This document shows positions 1 through 9,823 of a stretch of 40,469 nucleotides of DNA, piece after piece (the stretch's first letter is position 1; each line of letters opens with the position of its first letter). Where the stretch lies: NCBI GenBank assembly GCA_017542885.1, contig JAFXWH010000101.1, positions 1-40,469 of the forward strand, in the 5' to 3' direction. Under the pieces are notes generated by a model. That model did no database searches, was not told the origin of the DNA, and saw only the letters and a program-made list of their open reading frames with translations. This stretch comes from Bacilli bacterium (GTDB lineage Bacteria > Bacillota_I > Bacilli_A > RFN20 > CAG-826). A program made the translations under genes and the position numbers.

Positions 1-12
1 AACGCGTAATTC

Positions 13-41
13 TTGTTAACCCCAACATATTGGGGTATAAA
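13..41 (+). promoter_or_regulatory. sigma-A type promoter, probably leaderless transcript
   Basis: TTGTTA (13-18), 17 nt spacer, TATAAA (36-41); ATG at 49 is 7 nt downstream with no SD. Confidence 0.6.
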
Positions 42-48
42 CAAGAGC

Positions 49-753
49 ATGGAACAAATCAAAGTCTCTCATCTTTCGAAAATATACAACCAAGGCCAGG
101 ACAATGAGGTCAGGGCTTTGGATGATGTCTCTTTCACCCTCTACGGGGGTGAGTTCGTCGTTATCTTAGGGGCCTCTGGCGCAGGAAAGAGTACTCTCCT
201 CAATCTTTTAGGCGGAATGGATAACGCAACAAGCGGAGAATATCTCGTCGCCGGAGAGGACATCGCCAAATACAAATCCAAGAAACTCGCTCTCTTTAGA
301 AGACAAGACATCGGATTCGTTTTCCAGTTCTATAACCTCATGCCAAACCTTACGGCGCTTGAGAATATCGAACTTGCGGCAAGCGTTGCCAAAAACCCAT
401 TTGATGCGAGAGACATCCTTAAACGCGTTGGCTTAGATAAAAGAGCCAATAACTTCCCATCCCAGTTATCTGGTGGCGAGCAACAAAGAGTCGCGATTGC
501 CCGTGCTATCGTAAAGAACCCTAAGCTCCTCCTTTGTGATGAGCCTACGGGTGCTTTAGATAGTAAAACAGGCGCTTCGATCATCGAGCTTCTCAATGAA
601 GTCGCGGTGGAATATAAGAAAACCGTCATCCTCGTCACCCATAACAGTCAGATCGCCGAATGCGCAGAGCGTCTTATCCGCATCAGGGATGGCAAGATCG
701 AGAAGAACGAAATAGTGGAGAACCCGCTTAAGCCTTCGGAGGTTAAGTGGTGA
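49..753 (+). CDS. ABC transporter ATP-binding protein (LolD/MacB/FtsE-like)
   Basis: Walker A GASGAGKS, signature LSGGEQQR, Walker B LLLCDEPTGALD, H-loop VTHN; ATG 49 preferred over TTG 13. Confidence 0.95.
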   Translation: MEQIKVSHLSKIYNQGQDNEVRALDDVSFTLYGGEFVVILGASGAGKSTLLNLLGGMDNATSGEYLVAGEDIAKYKSKKLALFRRQDIGFVFQFYNLMPNLTALENIELAASVAKNPFDARDILKRVGLDKRANNFPSQLSGGEQQRVAIARAIVKNPKLLLCDEPTGALDSKTGASIIELLNEVAVEYKKTVILVTHNSQIAECAERLIRIRDGKIEKNEIVENPLKPSEVKW

Positions 754-3308
754 GCGTCAAAAAACTCCTCGCCAAACTCGGCCTCAGGGAAATAAAGAAC
801 AACTGGAAGCAATTCCTCGCCATCATCGCCATCGGTGCGATCGCGGTGACTCTTTTCGTTGGCCTTATGGCCAATGCCGAGAATTTCTCTAGCCGTGTTG
901 AGACAACCTTCAGTAACGGCAACATGGCCGACCTTTGGGTCACCACTCTCAGCTATGATGAACGAGATGAAGCCGCCATCAAGAATATCGTCGAAGATAA
1001 AGGCACGGTCGAATCCCGTTTCGAGATTATGGGTCAGTCCGGACATCACAGTGTCTATGTCGCCGTGACCGATGGAGAACCTACAATCTCCCATCCATAC
1101 GATCTTCAGAAGAACGATCAAGATACCTCGGATTATTTCGTCAGGATTGACGAATCCCTCGGCTCAACCGACCCAAGCAAAGCCGCTTTAGGCTCATACA
1201 CCTTAGGTGGCGATTTCGATATCACCCTCGATATGAGCGCGTTCACCTCAAGGTCTTCATGGCTTTCCGATTTGCTTAAGCTCGAACGTTACTACGACGA
1301 TGAGAAGAACCCTCTCAAAGCGAAGACCCTTGTCCTTGATTTCAAGGTCACGGGACTCATGAAATTCCCAGAGAACATCGCAAAATCCTCATACAATAAC
1401 TCAACCATCATCATCAGCGACAAAGCCTTCCACAAAGCCTTCGATGAGATGCTCTACGGCAACATGAAAAGCGAGCTTTCTGAAGAGGATAAGATCAAGG
1501 AAATCAATGTCCTCCATGAGATTCTCACCGAAGCCTCTTTCTTCCAGGGTGACGGCACCATGGATTACGAAGGACGTCTCCTTTGTCCGAACCAGTACCT
1601 CATTAAGCTGAATGAAGGGGAGGATTCCTCCTTAATCAAGAAAAGCGTCAACGAGTATTTCAAATCAAAGACGGCCAATAACCTTCTCTCCACCAACGAT
1701 AGAAGTGATATGCCTTTCGTCATCACAGTCCACAATGACGTTGAACAAGCCCGTAACTTCACCTTCCTTTTCCCGTTCGTTTTCTTCCTAGTCGCGGTCC
1801 TTGTCATTTTAACGACCACCTCCCAGATCATCCTCAAAGAGAGGATGCAGATTGGCACAATGAAGGCTTTGGGCCTCAAAAACGGCGAGATCATGTCCCT
1901 TTATGTTGCGATTACCCTCGCTTTGGTCGGAATCGGAACCCTTATCGGCGAGATCGTTGGCCCAATCCTCATCCCATGGATCATGGATAAGAAATACGCG
2001 ATTATTTATACCCTTCCAACCCTTGGCTATGTCTTCCCTTGGTTCACTGGAATATTGACCGCTCTATCGTTCCTTTCGATTGCGGCAGGAGTCACCTATT
2101 TCATCGCTAGAAGGGAAATATCCCTTAAGCCTTGCGAATCGATGAGACCTCGTCCAAGGGTCATGAAATCCTATTCGCTTAAGATTGAGCCGAAACACGG
2201 CATCACTTTCTTATCCCTTAAGATGGCTCTAAGAAACATGTTCAGCGATGTCGTCAAATCCATCATGGTCATTGTCGGCATCGTCGGTTGTACGGCTCTT
2301 CTTGTCTGTGGCTTTGGTGTTGAGGACACGATTAACTATGGTCTTGATCACGATATGGTCCTAGGCAATAGCCAAGACATATCTCTCACTTTTTCCTCAA
2401 TCAAAACGAAAGGTGACATTGAAGATGACCTTATGGGAATCGAGGGGGTCAAGTCTTTTGAGATGTATACGAGAGCGACTTCCACGATCTCCTACGAAGA
2501 AGGTCATTCTGCCGACTCTTTTATCTTCATTTTGGGTGAAAACGGCGGCAAATCCCACATGAAATACGTTCCTGAGATGCCTCTTGACCAGGTCGCCATC
2601 TCTCAGAAAATCTCTGACTCAACAGGCGCGAAAGCGGGGGATACAGTCACCTTCACCTATTCGAATGTGACCTACAGCGCGACTGTCTACGATGTCTATG
2701 AGGCTTTCGTCTATAACGGCGTCATCGTCTATGGCGACTCTCCAGTCCTCGGTGATTGGGGAGGTTCCTACTCAGGCTGCAACCTCGACATCCTTGAGGG
2801 CCAAAATCCTAATGAAATCAAAACGAAGCTTCTTGCCTTGCCTTATGTCATGCAAGCCCAAACCCAGGAAGACTGGGCCAAATCGGTGAGTGACGTCATG
2901 GGAGGCATCCTCATCATGACCAATGCCGTTAAGGTTTTCGCCATCCTTCTTGCCATCACGGTTCTCTATAACCTCGCCCTTATGAACTTCAAAGACAGAA
3001 CGAGGGATATCGCAACCCTTAAGGTCTTAGGATTCTCACGCGCTGAGATCGCCTTCCCTCTCATCTTCGAGATGATGGCCCTTGTCGCAATAGGCGTGGG
3101 CATAGGCCTATTCGCTGGCATCCCGTTCCATATGGGCGTCATGACCCTCAACAAAGTTGAGCTCGTCCATTATCTCTTCCATATCAACCCTCTCTCATTC
3201 GTATTGTCGTTCGTCCTCACTTTCGTGGTCGCTCTCCTCGTCAATGGCTTCTACTCATTCCAAAGCGACAGCGTGAAGATGGTCGAATCCCTCAAGAGCG
3301 TAGAATAA
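750..3308 (+). CDS. FtsX/MacB-family ABC transporter permease (two FtsX halves)
   Basis: Two repeats of TM, large extracellular loop, 3 TM with motifs ERMQIGTMKALG and DRTRDIATLKVLG; GGAGG at 738-742; GTGA overlap with ATPase stop. Confidence 0.92.
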   Translation: MSVKKLLAKLGLREIKNNWKQFLAIIAIGAIAVTLFVGLMANAENFSSRVETTFSNGNMADLWVTTLSYDERDEAAIKNIVEDKGTVESRFEIMGQSGHHSVYVAVTDGEPTISHPYDLQKNDQDTSDYFVRIDESLGSTDPSKAALGSYTLGGDFDITLDMSAFTSRSSWLSDLLKLERYYDDEKNPLKAKTLVLDFKVTGLMKFPENIAKSSYNNSTIIISDKAFHKAFDEMLYGNMKSELSEEDKIKEINVLHEILTEASFFQGDGTMDYEGRLLCPNQYLIKLNEGEDSSLIKKSVNEYFKSKTANNLLSTNDRSDMPFVITVHNDVEQARNFTFLFPFVFFLVAVLVILTTTSQIILKERMQIGTMKALGLKNGEIMSLYVAITLALVGIGTLIGEIVGPILIPWIMDKKYAIIYTLPTLGYVFPWFTGILTALSFLSIAAGVTYFIARREISLKPCESMRPRPRVMKSYSLKIEPKHGITFLSLKMALRNMFSDVVKSIMVIVGIVGCTALLVCGFGVEDTINYGLDHDMVLGNSQDISLTFSSIKTKGDIEDDLMGIEGVKSFEMYTRATSTISYEEGHSADSFIFILGENGGKSHMKYVPEMPLDQVAISQKISDSTGAKAGDTVTFTYSNVTYSATVYDVYEAFVYNGVIVYGDSPVLGDWGGSYSGCNLDILEGQNPNEIKTKLLALPYVMQAQTQEDWAKSVSDVMGGILIMTNAVKVFAILLAITVLYNLALMNFKDRTRDIATLKVLGFSRAEIAFPLIFEMMALVAIGVGIGLFAGIPFHMGVMTLNKVELVHYLFHINPLSFVLSFVLTFVVALLVNGFYSFQSDSVKMVESLKSVE

Positions 3309-3340
3309 AAAAGAGCCCCGCCGAAGCGAGGCTTTTTCTT
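3307..3340. terminator. bidirectional intrinsic terminator between convergent genes
   Basis: A-run, AGAGCC-C-CGC, CGAA loop, GCG-A-GGCTTT, T-run. Confidence 0.8.
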
Positions 3341-3346
3341 CTGTCT

Positions 3347-4861
3347 TTAGATCTTTCCGCCGTGAAGCTTTTCGTAGAGCTCTGTACGGACGTTATAGAG
3401 CCTTTCGCTTAGATCCACATAGTGGACGTGAGGAAGCTCAGGTCTAAGCTCGGATTCCCAGACTTTGTTCTCGAGCTGGTCTTTGATGTAGTTCTTCTTC
3501 TCGGTGATTGATGGAAGAGGTCCTGCGAGTTTGCCACCGATGATATAAGGGACAAGAAGCTTCTCAACCTTATAAGGGGTGATGACTCTTTGTCTCTTGA
3601 ATGAGGTTGGGTCGAAATCGTAAACGGTGACAGGTTTTCCTTCCTCTACGACCTCATCGTCGAAGGTGATGAGATCGCATTGTCCTTGGCCATTCTCATC
3701 AAAGACGCGGTAGGCCATGAGTTTGCCTGGGATGATGGCTTTGACGGAAGAGTCGGAGCATTTCATCTTTGGGGTGTAACTGCCATCGGCGTTCTTGACG
3801 GCGACAAGCTTGTAAACCCCACCGAAGACAGGGTCTGTGGCGGAAGTGATGAGGTTCTCACCAACGCCATAGGCGTCGAACTTCGCACCTTCATAGACTT
3901 CCATGTTCATGATCTTTCTCTCATCAAGAGAATTGGAAGCGATTAATTTGACGTAGCTCTTTCCAGCCGCATCAAGTGCCTTTCTGAGTCTCTTGTAGGT
4001 TCTAGCAAGGTCGCCAGAATCGACACGGGCGGATTTGACTCTCTTATTTGGGTCGTTTGGATACTTCTTGATGAGCTCATCGTCAAGCTTGATGAGGTTA
4101 GGAAGTCCTGAGCCAAATACACTATAAGTGTCTAGTAACAAGGAAACATTATCTGGATAGGTCTCAGCATAGGCACGGAAAGCGCTAAGCTCATCAGGAT
4201 AGAATTCGATGAAGGAGTGGGCGATGGTTCCGACCGCTTTGACTTCTGGGCCATATTTCATCTCAGCTAAGCAGTTAGCGGTGCCGATGCATCCGCCAAG
4301 GACGGCGGCATATGCGCCATCGTTGCCTGCGCTTTGGCCTTGGGCGCGTCTGGTGCCGAATTCCATGACCGCTCTCTCCTTATGAGAGGAGAGTCCGGAG
4401 ATCCTTGTCGCTTTGGTGGCGATTAAGGAGTGGAAGTTCATGGTCTGAAGGAGATAGGTCTCGATAAGGATGGCACCGATCATGTCGCATTCGATTCGGA
4501 CCATCGGGACCTGAGGATAGGCGACGCATCCTTCTTTTAGGGCGTACATATCGCCTTTCCATTTGTAGGTGCGAAGACACTCTAAGAATTCCTCGGACAT
4601 GCCTTTGCCGCGTAGATAGATGAGGTCTTCTTCGTTGAAGTGGTAGTTGAGAAGGAACTTCGTTAGCTTAGCCTGGCCGCAGGAGATGGCATAGCCAAGG
4701 TTATCTGGGTTCTCTCTGAAGAACATGTCAAAGACGACGATCGTGTCTTTGTATCCGTGAAGGAAAAGCGAATTCGCCATCGCGAACTCATAGAAATCGA
4801 CGACCATCGCTGGGTTGTCGTAGTCTTCATTTGGAATGTAAGGGGTGACTTTAACTGACAT
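3347..4861 (-). CDS. pncB: nicotinate phosphoribosyltransferase
   Basis: Motifs DFYEFAM, EFGTRRAQG, GTIAHS (phospho-His), LLDTY, RVDSGDL, GVYKLVA. Confidence 0.93.
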   Translation of the reverse strand: MSVKVTPYIPNEDYDNPAMVVDFYEFAMANSLFLHGYKDTIVVFDMFFRENPDNLGYAISCGQAKLTKFLLNYHFNEEDLIYLRGKGMSEEFLECLRTYKWKGDMYALKEGCVAYPQVPMVRIECDMIGAILIETYLLQTMNFHSLIATKATRISGLSSHKERAVMEFGTRRAQGQSAGNDGAYAAVLGGCIGTANCLAEMKYGPEVKAVGTIAHSFIEFYPDELSAFRAYAETYPDNVSLLLDTYSVFGSGLPNLIKLDDELIKKYPNDPNKRVKSARVDSGDLARTYKRLRKALDAAGKSYVKLIASNSLDERKIMNMEVYEGAKFDAYGVGENLITSATDPVFGGVYKLVAVKNADGSYTPKMKCSDSSVKAIIPGKLMAYRVFDENGQGQCDLITFDDEVVEEGKPVTVYDFDPTSFKRQRVITPYKVEKLLVPYIIGGKLAGPLPSITEKKNYIKDQLENKVWESELRPELPHVHYVDLSERLYNVRTELYEKLHGGKI

Positions 4862-4863
4862 GC

Positions 4864-6555
4864 TTACTTCCTCCTTTTGTTATAGGCTTTGTAGGCTTTC
4901 TTAGCAGTTTTGCGGGCCTTTTTAGCGGTTTTCTTGTTCTTAAGGACAAGGATGAGAACAAGGATGATGATGACGACGATGAGGACGATCGCGATGACAA
5001 GAACTACTGGTGCTGCATCCCCAAAGATTCCTCTAAGCATGGACATGATTGGGTTGCCTTCATCATCTGGTTCAGGCATCTTTTCGGTTTCGTGGATTGT
5101 CACTGTGCAGGTCGCGCTGACTTCTTGTCCGTCTTTGTGACCTTTGAAGGTGATGGTTGTCGAACCTGTCTTACCTTTGGCTATCACGTTATAGTGGGTT
5201 TCGTTGATGCCGTCAGTTGTGTAGGTTCCGGCTCTTAGAACTTCGATGAGCGAGTCGTCTTTGACTTCGCAAACGAGTTCATCATCGATGTCGGCTTTGA
5301 CTTTGATGATTCCCTCTTTTCTGGTGTCGGCTTCATCAAGATTGAATTCAAGCGTGGAAGGGGTAACGGTGATAGGACCTTTTTGTCCTGAAGCGATTCT
5401 ATCTGTAGCAGGGTTAGCAGATAGATTGGCATTCTCGCCCCAAACCACATCGACCCACTCTGGGAAATCGATGAAAGGATTGCGGTTATGCTGGAAGTTT
5501 TTGTAAATCAGGTTGTTTCTGTGAATCTCATATTCATCAACCGGATCGAGTTTATGCCATTCAAGAAGGTCACTAAGGATGCCCATGGTGACTGGGTGAG
5601 AAGCGCTAGATTCTTCAGCCGCTCCATCGCTAGTCGCGTAATCGACCAAAAGAAGGTTAGGGTTGAACTGCGTGATGGTCTCGTTGCCTGAGAAGTTGTT
5701 ATAGCAGGCAGCCATATAGAAGAGGGCGCGGGCGATATCGCCTTTGTCGCTATCTTGTGGCTCAAAGACCATATTGGTCACATCGTCGGTGTGAGCGTGA
5801 AGCTGCGGTCCAAGAAGATTGCCTTCGAGATATGGCTTATCGCTTCCGGCATTCTTGGTTTTGGAGCTCGTTTTATCGACGTAGCCATAAGGGCTGTTGT
5901 TATGGTAGGACTGGTTGACTCTGCCATCGCCTGAGATAAGGTGGTGGACATCGGTGCCGGCAGGTCCTTCCGCACCTGAAGAGGCTTTAAAGCCTCTAGA
6001 TTGGCACCAAACGTGTTCTCTGTTCGTGCCGGTCGCGTTATGGTCGCCCCATTCTTTGATGCGACCTTCCTCAACGATGGACCCATTTGCATCAACGTTC
6101 CTGTAGAGGGTGTGGACATATGGGTTAGAGGCGGCGTCCTTTTTGGCGTTCGAAAGATATCCGTATTTGGTGTAGGTGTTCGTCGCAGAATCATAGGTGA
6201 TTCCGTTATCGCTGTCTGAGATGGCAGGGGAAAGATTCCAATCCCTGTCGGTGATCTCATAGATCTTCCAGACGTTGTCGTAGCTGTAGTAGTCGAAATC
6301 TTGAAGGATTGGCTTAAGGTTCTTTAGAAGGTTCGTGCCATTTCTCTCGGAGGCGCTTAAAGAGCCTAAGGAAGAGTAATAGCTTCTGATTTCACTTTCG
6401 GTTGAGTCGTTTAAATCAATGGTGCTCGGCAGTTTGTTCGCAAACCTTGGTTCTGAGGAAGTTGGTTCCGCATTCAAAGGAAGGGAAGAGGCTCCAAGAA
6501 GACCGAAGGAGGAGACAAGTCCAAGCAAGAGGATGTTGCGTTTAATCTTGTTCAT
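4864..6555 (-). CDS. secreted, C-terminally anchored endonuclease I family nuclease with Ig-like domain
   Basis: Signal peptide; NREHVW, DVHHL, FEP..KGDIARALFYMA, RNN..QHNRNPFIDFPEW; C-terminal hydrophobic helix and Lys-rich tail. Confidence 0.9.
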   Translation of the reverse strand: MNKIKRNILLLGLVSSFGLLGASSLPLNAEPTSSEPRFANKLPSTIDLNDSTESEIRSYYSSLGSLSASERNGTNLLKNLKPILQDFDYYSYDNVWKIYEITDRDWNLSPAISDSDNGITYDSATNTYTKYGYLSNAKKDAASNPYVHTLYRNVDANGSIVEEGRIKEWGDHNATGTNREHVWCQSRGFKASSGAEGPAGTDVHHLISGDGRVNQSYHNNSPYGYVDKTSSKTKNAGSDKPYLEGNLLGPQLHAHTDDVTNMVFEPQDSDKGDIARALFYMAACYNNFSGNETITQFNPNLLLVDYATSDGAAEESSASHPVTMGILSDLLEWHKLDPVDEYEIHRNNLIYKNFQHNRNPFIDFPEWVDVVWGENANLSANPATDRIASGQKGPITVTPSTLEFNLDEADTRKEGIIKVKADIDDELVCEVKDDSLIEVLRAGTYTTDGINETHYNVIAKGKTGSTTITFKGHKDGQEVSATCTVTIHETEKMPEPDDEGNPIMSMLRGIFGDAAPVVLVIAIVLIVVIIILVLILVLKNKKTAKKARKTAKKAYKAYNKRRK

Positions 6556-6561
6556 ATCTAA

Positions 6562-6590
6562 ATTGTGAGTTTTTTGGAGAAATATATCAA
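6562..6590 (-). promoter_or_regulatory. promoter of nuclease-pncB operon, probably leaderless
   Basis: Minus strand TTGATA (6590-6585), 17 nt, CACAAT (6567-6562), 6 nt, ATG (6555); no SD. Confidence 0.6.
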
Positions 6591-6600
6591 ATGATATATA

Positions 6601-6632
6601 AAAAACCGAACCATTGTTGGCCCGGCTTCTTT
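6601..6632 (-). terminator. intrinsic terminator of zinc uptake operon
   Basis: Minus strand AAGCCGGGCCA-ACAA-TGGTTCGGTTTTTT just after the stop at 6637. Confidence 0.7.
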
Positions 6633-6636
6633 TTCT

Positions 6637-7200
6637 TTAAAGCATTACTGCATCAATTAAGTTGCAGTAAATGTATGTCTTTCCTTCGTGTTCCTCAGTG
6701 TAAGGATCGAAGAAACCTGCAACGGTTATCACAGCATCCTCCGCTGGGAAGTCTTGAGGGTATTTTAACGTGTCCCTTGGGACGAATTCGAAGTAAATGG
6801 AGCAGCACGCTGTGTTATCCATGACCTCGCAGGCGTAAAAGTAATAGCCAACCCAAGTCGATTCATAGGCTTTGAAAAAGCCTTTGATCTTCATCGATTT
6901 GCCACGGTAATCCTCAATGTGATCGGCAATGTAGAGGGCTTCCGTGTAGGCCATCGTGTCCGAATAGTTAGAGAGATCGACATCGACCTTGTCGTAGTTT
7001 CCGGTGTAGACGGAGCGAGCCGATGTTTGAGGGGCAATAGAAGACTCTTCTTCCAAAGATGAGCTCTTTTTCGGGTAGAACTCCTTAATGCTTGTGCTAG
7101 TTTCTTCTGAGAAGAGACTATCCAAGGCGTTCCCGTGTAATCCACAGGAAGATAGGGACAACATCCCTACCAACAAAGACAATTTAGCAAACTTTTCCAA
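6637..7200 (-). CDS. lipoprotein of the zinc uptake operon with CxxxDxxxCC motif (DUF1980/DUF3299-like, tentative)
   Basis: Lipobox LSSC, TTG start with GGAGGG SD, motif ACEVMDNTACC, overlaps the permease end. Confidence 0.7.
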   Translation of the reverse strand: MEKFAKLSLLVGMLSLSSCGLHGNALDSLFSEETSTSIKEFYPKKSSSLEEESSIAPQTSARSVYTGNYDKVDVDLSNYSDTMAYTEALYIADHIEDYRGKSMKIKGFFKAYESTWVGYYFYACEVMDNTACCSIYFEFVPRDTLKYPQDFPAEDAVITVAGFFDPYTEEHEGKTYIYCNLIDAVML

Positions 7201-8056
7201 TTCTTAACCCTCCCTTGCAAAGACCGATAACAAAACAGATGGCAAATAAAATGACGTCTATGGCGACGATTGTCGCTCCAACAGGCGTGCCCATAAGGAT
7301 CGAGGCGAATAGTCCAATCACCGTGCAGACCACCGAGAAGATGGCGGATGCGATGGTGACGGTCTTGAAACTGTTAAAGAGCCTCATCGCGGAAAGGGCA
7401 GGGAAGACGATAAGCGCAGAGATGAGCAAAGAGCCAACGAGCTTCATCGCCAAAACGATGACGACTGCGATGACAACGGCGATGGTGAAATTGTGAAGAT
7501 CGGCTTTCGTTCCAACGGCCCTTGAGAAGCCCTCATCGAAGGTAATCGCAAAGATCCTGTTGTAGAAAAGGACGAAGAAAAGGACGACGACGATGGATAA
7601 ACCGACGCAGGTCCATACTTCTTCAGGTTTAAGGGTGAGGATGGAGGTGGAGCCGAACAAAGAAGTGCAGACGTCACCGGCGACATTTCCCGAATTCGAG
7701 AAGAGATTGATGATAAGGTAGCCGAACGCGAGAGCGGCTACGGATACCATCGCGATAGCGGCATCACCTTTGACCTTGGTGTTTTGGCCGAATCTTAGCA
7801 AAAGCACAGCTGCGATGATCGTCACCGGCATGATGATGAACATGTTTTTGCTTAAGCCTATGACTTGGGCAATGCACATAGCGCCAAAGGCGACGTGGCT
7901 AAGGCCATCTCCGACGAACGAGAATCTCTTTAGGACGAGAGAGACACCTAAAAGAGAAGAACAAAGGGCAATCAAAACGCCGACGATGAGGGCGTATTGC
8001 ACGAAAGGCCTGGAAAGGTACATCAAAAGAGTGTCTAGAATCTCTTGCACGCTCAT
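7184..8056 (-). CDS. znuB: metal (zinc) ABC transporter permease
   Basis: GDGLSHVAFG, LFGS, VGSLLISAL, many TM helices; ATG 8056 with GGAGGG SD preferred over 8131. Confidence 0.92.
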   Translation of the reverse strand: MSVQEILDTLLMYLSRPFVQYALIVGVLIALCSSLLGVSLVLKRFSFVGDGLSHVAFGAMCIAQVIGLSKNMFIIMPVTIIAAVLLLRFGQNTKVKGDAAIAMVSVAALAFGYLIINLFSNSGNVAGDVCTSLFGSTSILTLKPEEVWTCVGLSIVVVLFFVLFYNRIFAITFDEGFSRAVGTKADLHNFTIAVVIAVVIVLAMKLVGSLLISALIVFPALSAMRLFNSFKTVTIASAIFSVVCTVIGLFASILMGTPVGATIVAIDVILFAICFVIGLCKGGLRIGKVC

Positions 8057-8057
8057 A

Positions 8058-8765
8058 CTATTCACCCTCCTTAGATTGACCGACGAAAAGCTTGCCCAAA
8101 GAACTTGAGAGATATTCTTTCTTTGTGCCAAAGAACGTCTCTTTCCCTAGGTGGAGTATGTGTTTTGAGTAGGTGAGGGCAGCGCCGATATCGTGGGAGA
8201 TGACGATGATGGTGATGCCTTCCTCGTTAAGTTTGGAAATGAGCTCATACATCTCAGCGGTGACCTTAGGATCAAGGCCAGAGATCGGCTCATCGAGAAG
8301 GAGGACCTTCTGAGTGGAACAAAGCGCTCTCGCCAAGAGGACTCTTTGCTGCTGGCCTCCAGAGAGTTCTCTGAAGCACCTTTTAGCTAAGGAGAGGACA
8401 TTCATCCTTTCCATGTTCCTTTTGGCAAGCTCTTTGTCTTCTTTGTTATAAAAAAGCCTCCATCCCAACCGGCTTTGGCAGCCGGATAGGACAATTTCAT
8501 ATACGGAGGCTGGGAAGTCTTTTTGGATATCTGTTTGCTGAGGCAAATAACCGATTTCGTTCTGCTTTAAGCCCTCGCCGAAAACGATCGTGCCCCCAAG
8601 AGGCTTCTGAAGATGCAGAAGCGTCTTCATGAGGGTTGATTTTCCAGAGCCATTCTCTCCGACGATGCAAAGATAATCGCCTTCTTCGACTTCGAAGTTA
8701 AGATTGCTCAGGATTGGCGTGGAATTATAGCCTAACGTCAGGTTGTTTACGGTCAGCAAAGACAT
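8058..8765 (-). CDS. znuC: metal (zinc) ABC transporter ATP-binding protein
   Basis: GENGSGKS, IGYLPQ, DFPASV, LSGGQQQRV, LLLDEP. Confidence 0.92.
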   Translation of the reverse strand: MSLLTVNNLTLGYNSTPILSNLNFEVEEGDYLCIVGENGSGKSTLMKTLLHLQKPLGGTIVFGEGLKQNEIGYLPQQTDIQKDFPASVYEIVLSGCQSRLGWRLFYNKEDKELAKRNMERMNVLSLAKRCFRELSGGQQQRVLLARALCSTQKVLLLDEPISGLDPKVTAEMYELISKLNEEGITIIVISHDIGAALTYSKHILHLGKETFFGTKKEYLSSSLGKLFVGQSKEGE

Positions 8766-8776
8766 CTCTCTCCTCC

Positions 8777-9772
8777 TTATTTGAGCGCTTCTTTGAGAGT
8801 GTTGAGGTTCTCAGTCATGACGGTAAGATAGCTCGTGCCGTTCGTGACGTCCCTGGAAGTGGTGGACTGAAGCGAATTCATGGTGAGTATTTTCTGGTTT
8901 TTGGCAGTGGTGTTGGCGATGACGGTCTCGGCGATTCTATGGTTATTGCCTTCGATCGTGAGGACGGAATGGAGCCCTAACTCATCGACCTTTCCGGCTA
9001 AGAAAACGATGGTCTCGAAGCTTGCTTCGGTCTCGGCGCTGCAGCCGACGAAGGCGGCATAGTAATCGAGTCCATAGTCATCGACCATGTAGCGGAACGG
9101 GAAGCGGTCTCCGAAGACCAAAGTCTTGATGGCGGAAGCATCGACCGCGGCTTTGTAATCGGTATCAAGAGAGTTGAGCTTGGCCTTATAAGAGGCAAGA
9201 TTCTCTTTGTAGGTTGAGGCGTTCGCTGGGTCGATTTTCTCGATTCCCTTTTCGATTGTTTCGCAGATCGCGGAGGCGTTCTTAAGAGAGAGCCAGACGT
9301 GCTCGTCATATTCGACTTCCTCTTCTTCCTCTTCGTGGTCATGGTCTTCGTGGTCGTGATCATGCTCTTCCTCGCCTTGCATGCCTTCTTTTACTTCCTC
9401 TTCTTTGACTTTGTCGCCGAGGGATTCAAGAAGGTTGATGACGACCATGTCCTTGTTGGTGCTTTGTTCCAAAGCCCTCTCGACCCATTCATCGGATTCG
9501 CCTCCGACGTAGATGAAAAGATCGCAGTCGGAGATCTTGATGAGGTCCTGCGCGGTTGGCTGGTAGCTATGGAGGTCGATGCCGTTGTCTAGAAGCATGG
9601 TGACTTCGGCATTCGCTGGGTTTTTGCCAAGGATTTCTCTCGTCCAGTCGTATTCTGGGAAGATGGTGGTGACGATTTCGATTTTGTCGTTATTTAAGCT
9701 TGGTGCTGAGCAAGCGGAAAGCCCTGCGCCCATAAGAAAAGACGCAAGGAGTATAGGTAAAGATTTTTTCAT
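8777..9772 (-). CDS. znuA: zinc ABC transporter substrate-binding lipoprotein (ZnuA/AdcA)
   Basis: Lipobox LSAC, DLHSYQPT, His/Glu-rich loop HDHDHEDHDH, DEHVWLS. Confidence 0.92.
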   Translation of the reverse strand: MKKSLPILLASFLMGAGLSACSAPSLNNDKIEIVTTIFPEYDWTREILGKNPANAEVTMLLDNGIDLHSYQPTAQDLIKISDCDLFIYVGGESDEWVERALEQSTNKDMVVINLLESLGDKVKEEEVKEGMQGEEEHDHDHEDHDHEEEEEEVEYDEHVWLSLKNASAICETIEKGIEKIDPANASTYKENLASYKAKLNSLDTDYKAAVDASAIKTLVFGDRFPFRYMVDDYGLDYYAAFVGCSAETEASFETIVFLAGKVDELGLHSVLTIEGNNHRIAETVIANTTAKNQKILTMNSLQSTTSRDVTNGTSYLTVMTENLNTLKEALK

Positions 9773-9823
9773 TGTGGTTCCTCTAAGGTTCAGGGTTCAG
9801 AGAAACTCAATGCATTGGGATGG

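Noticed and set aside
9310-9400. Low-complexity repeats (TCT/TGGTCG)
   Set aside because: They encode the normal His/Glu-rich loop of ZnuA
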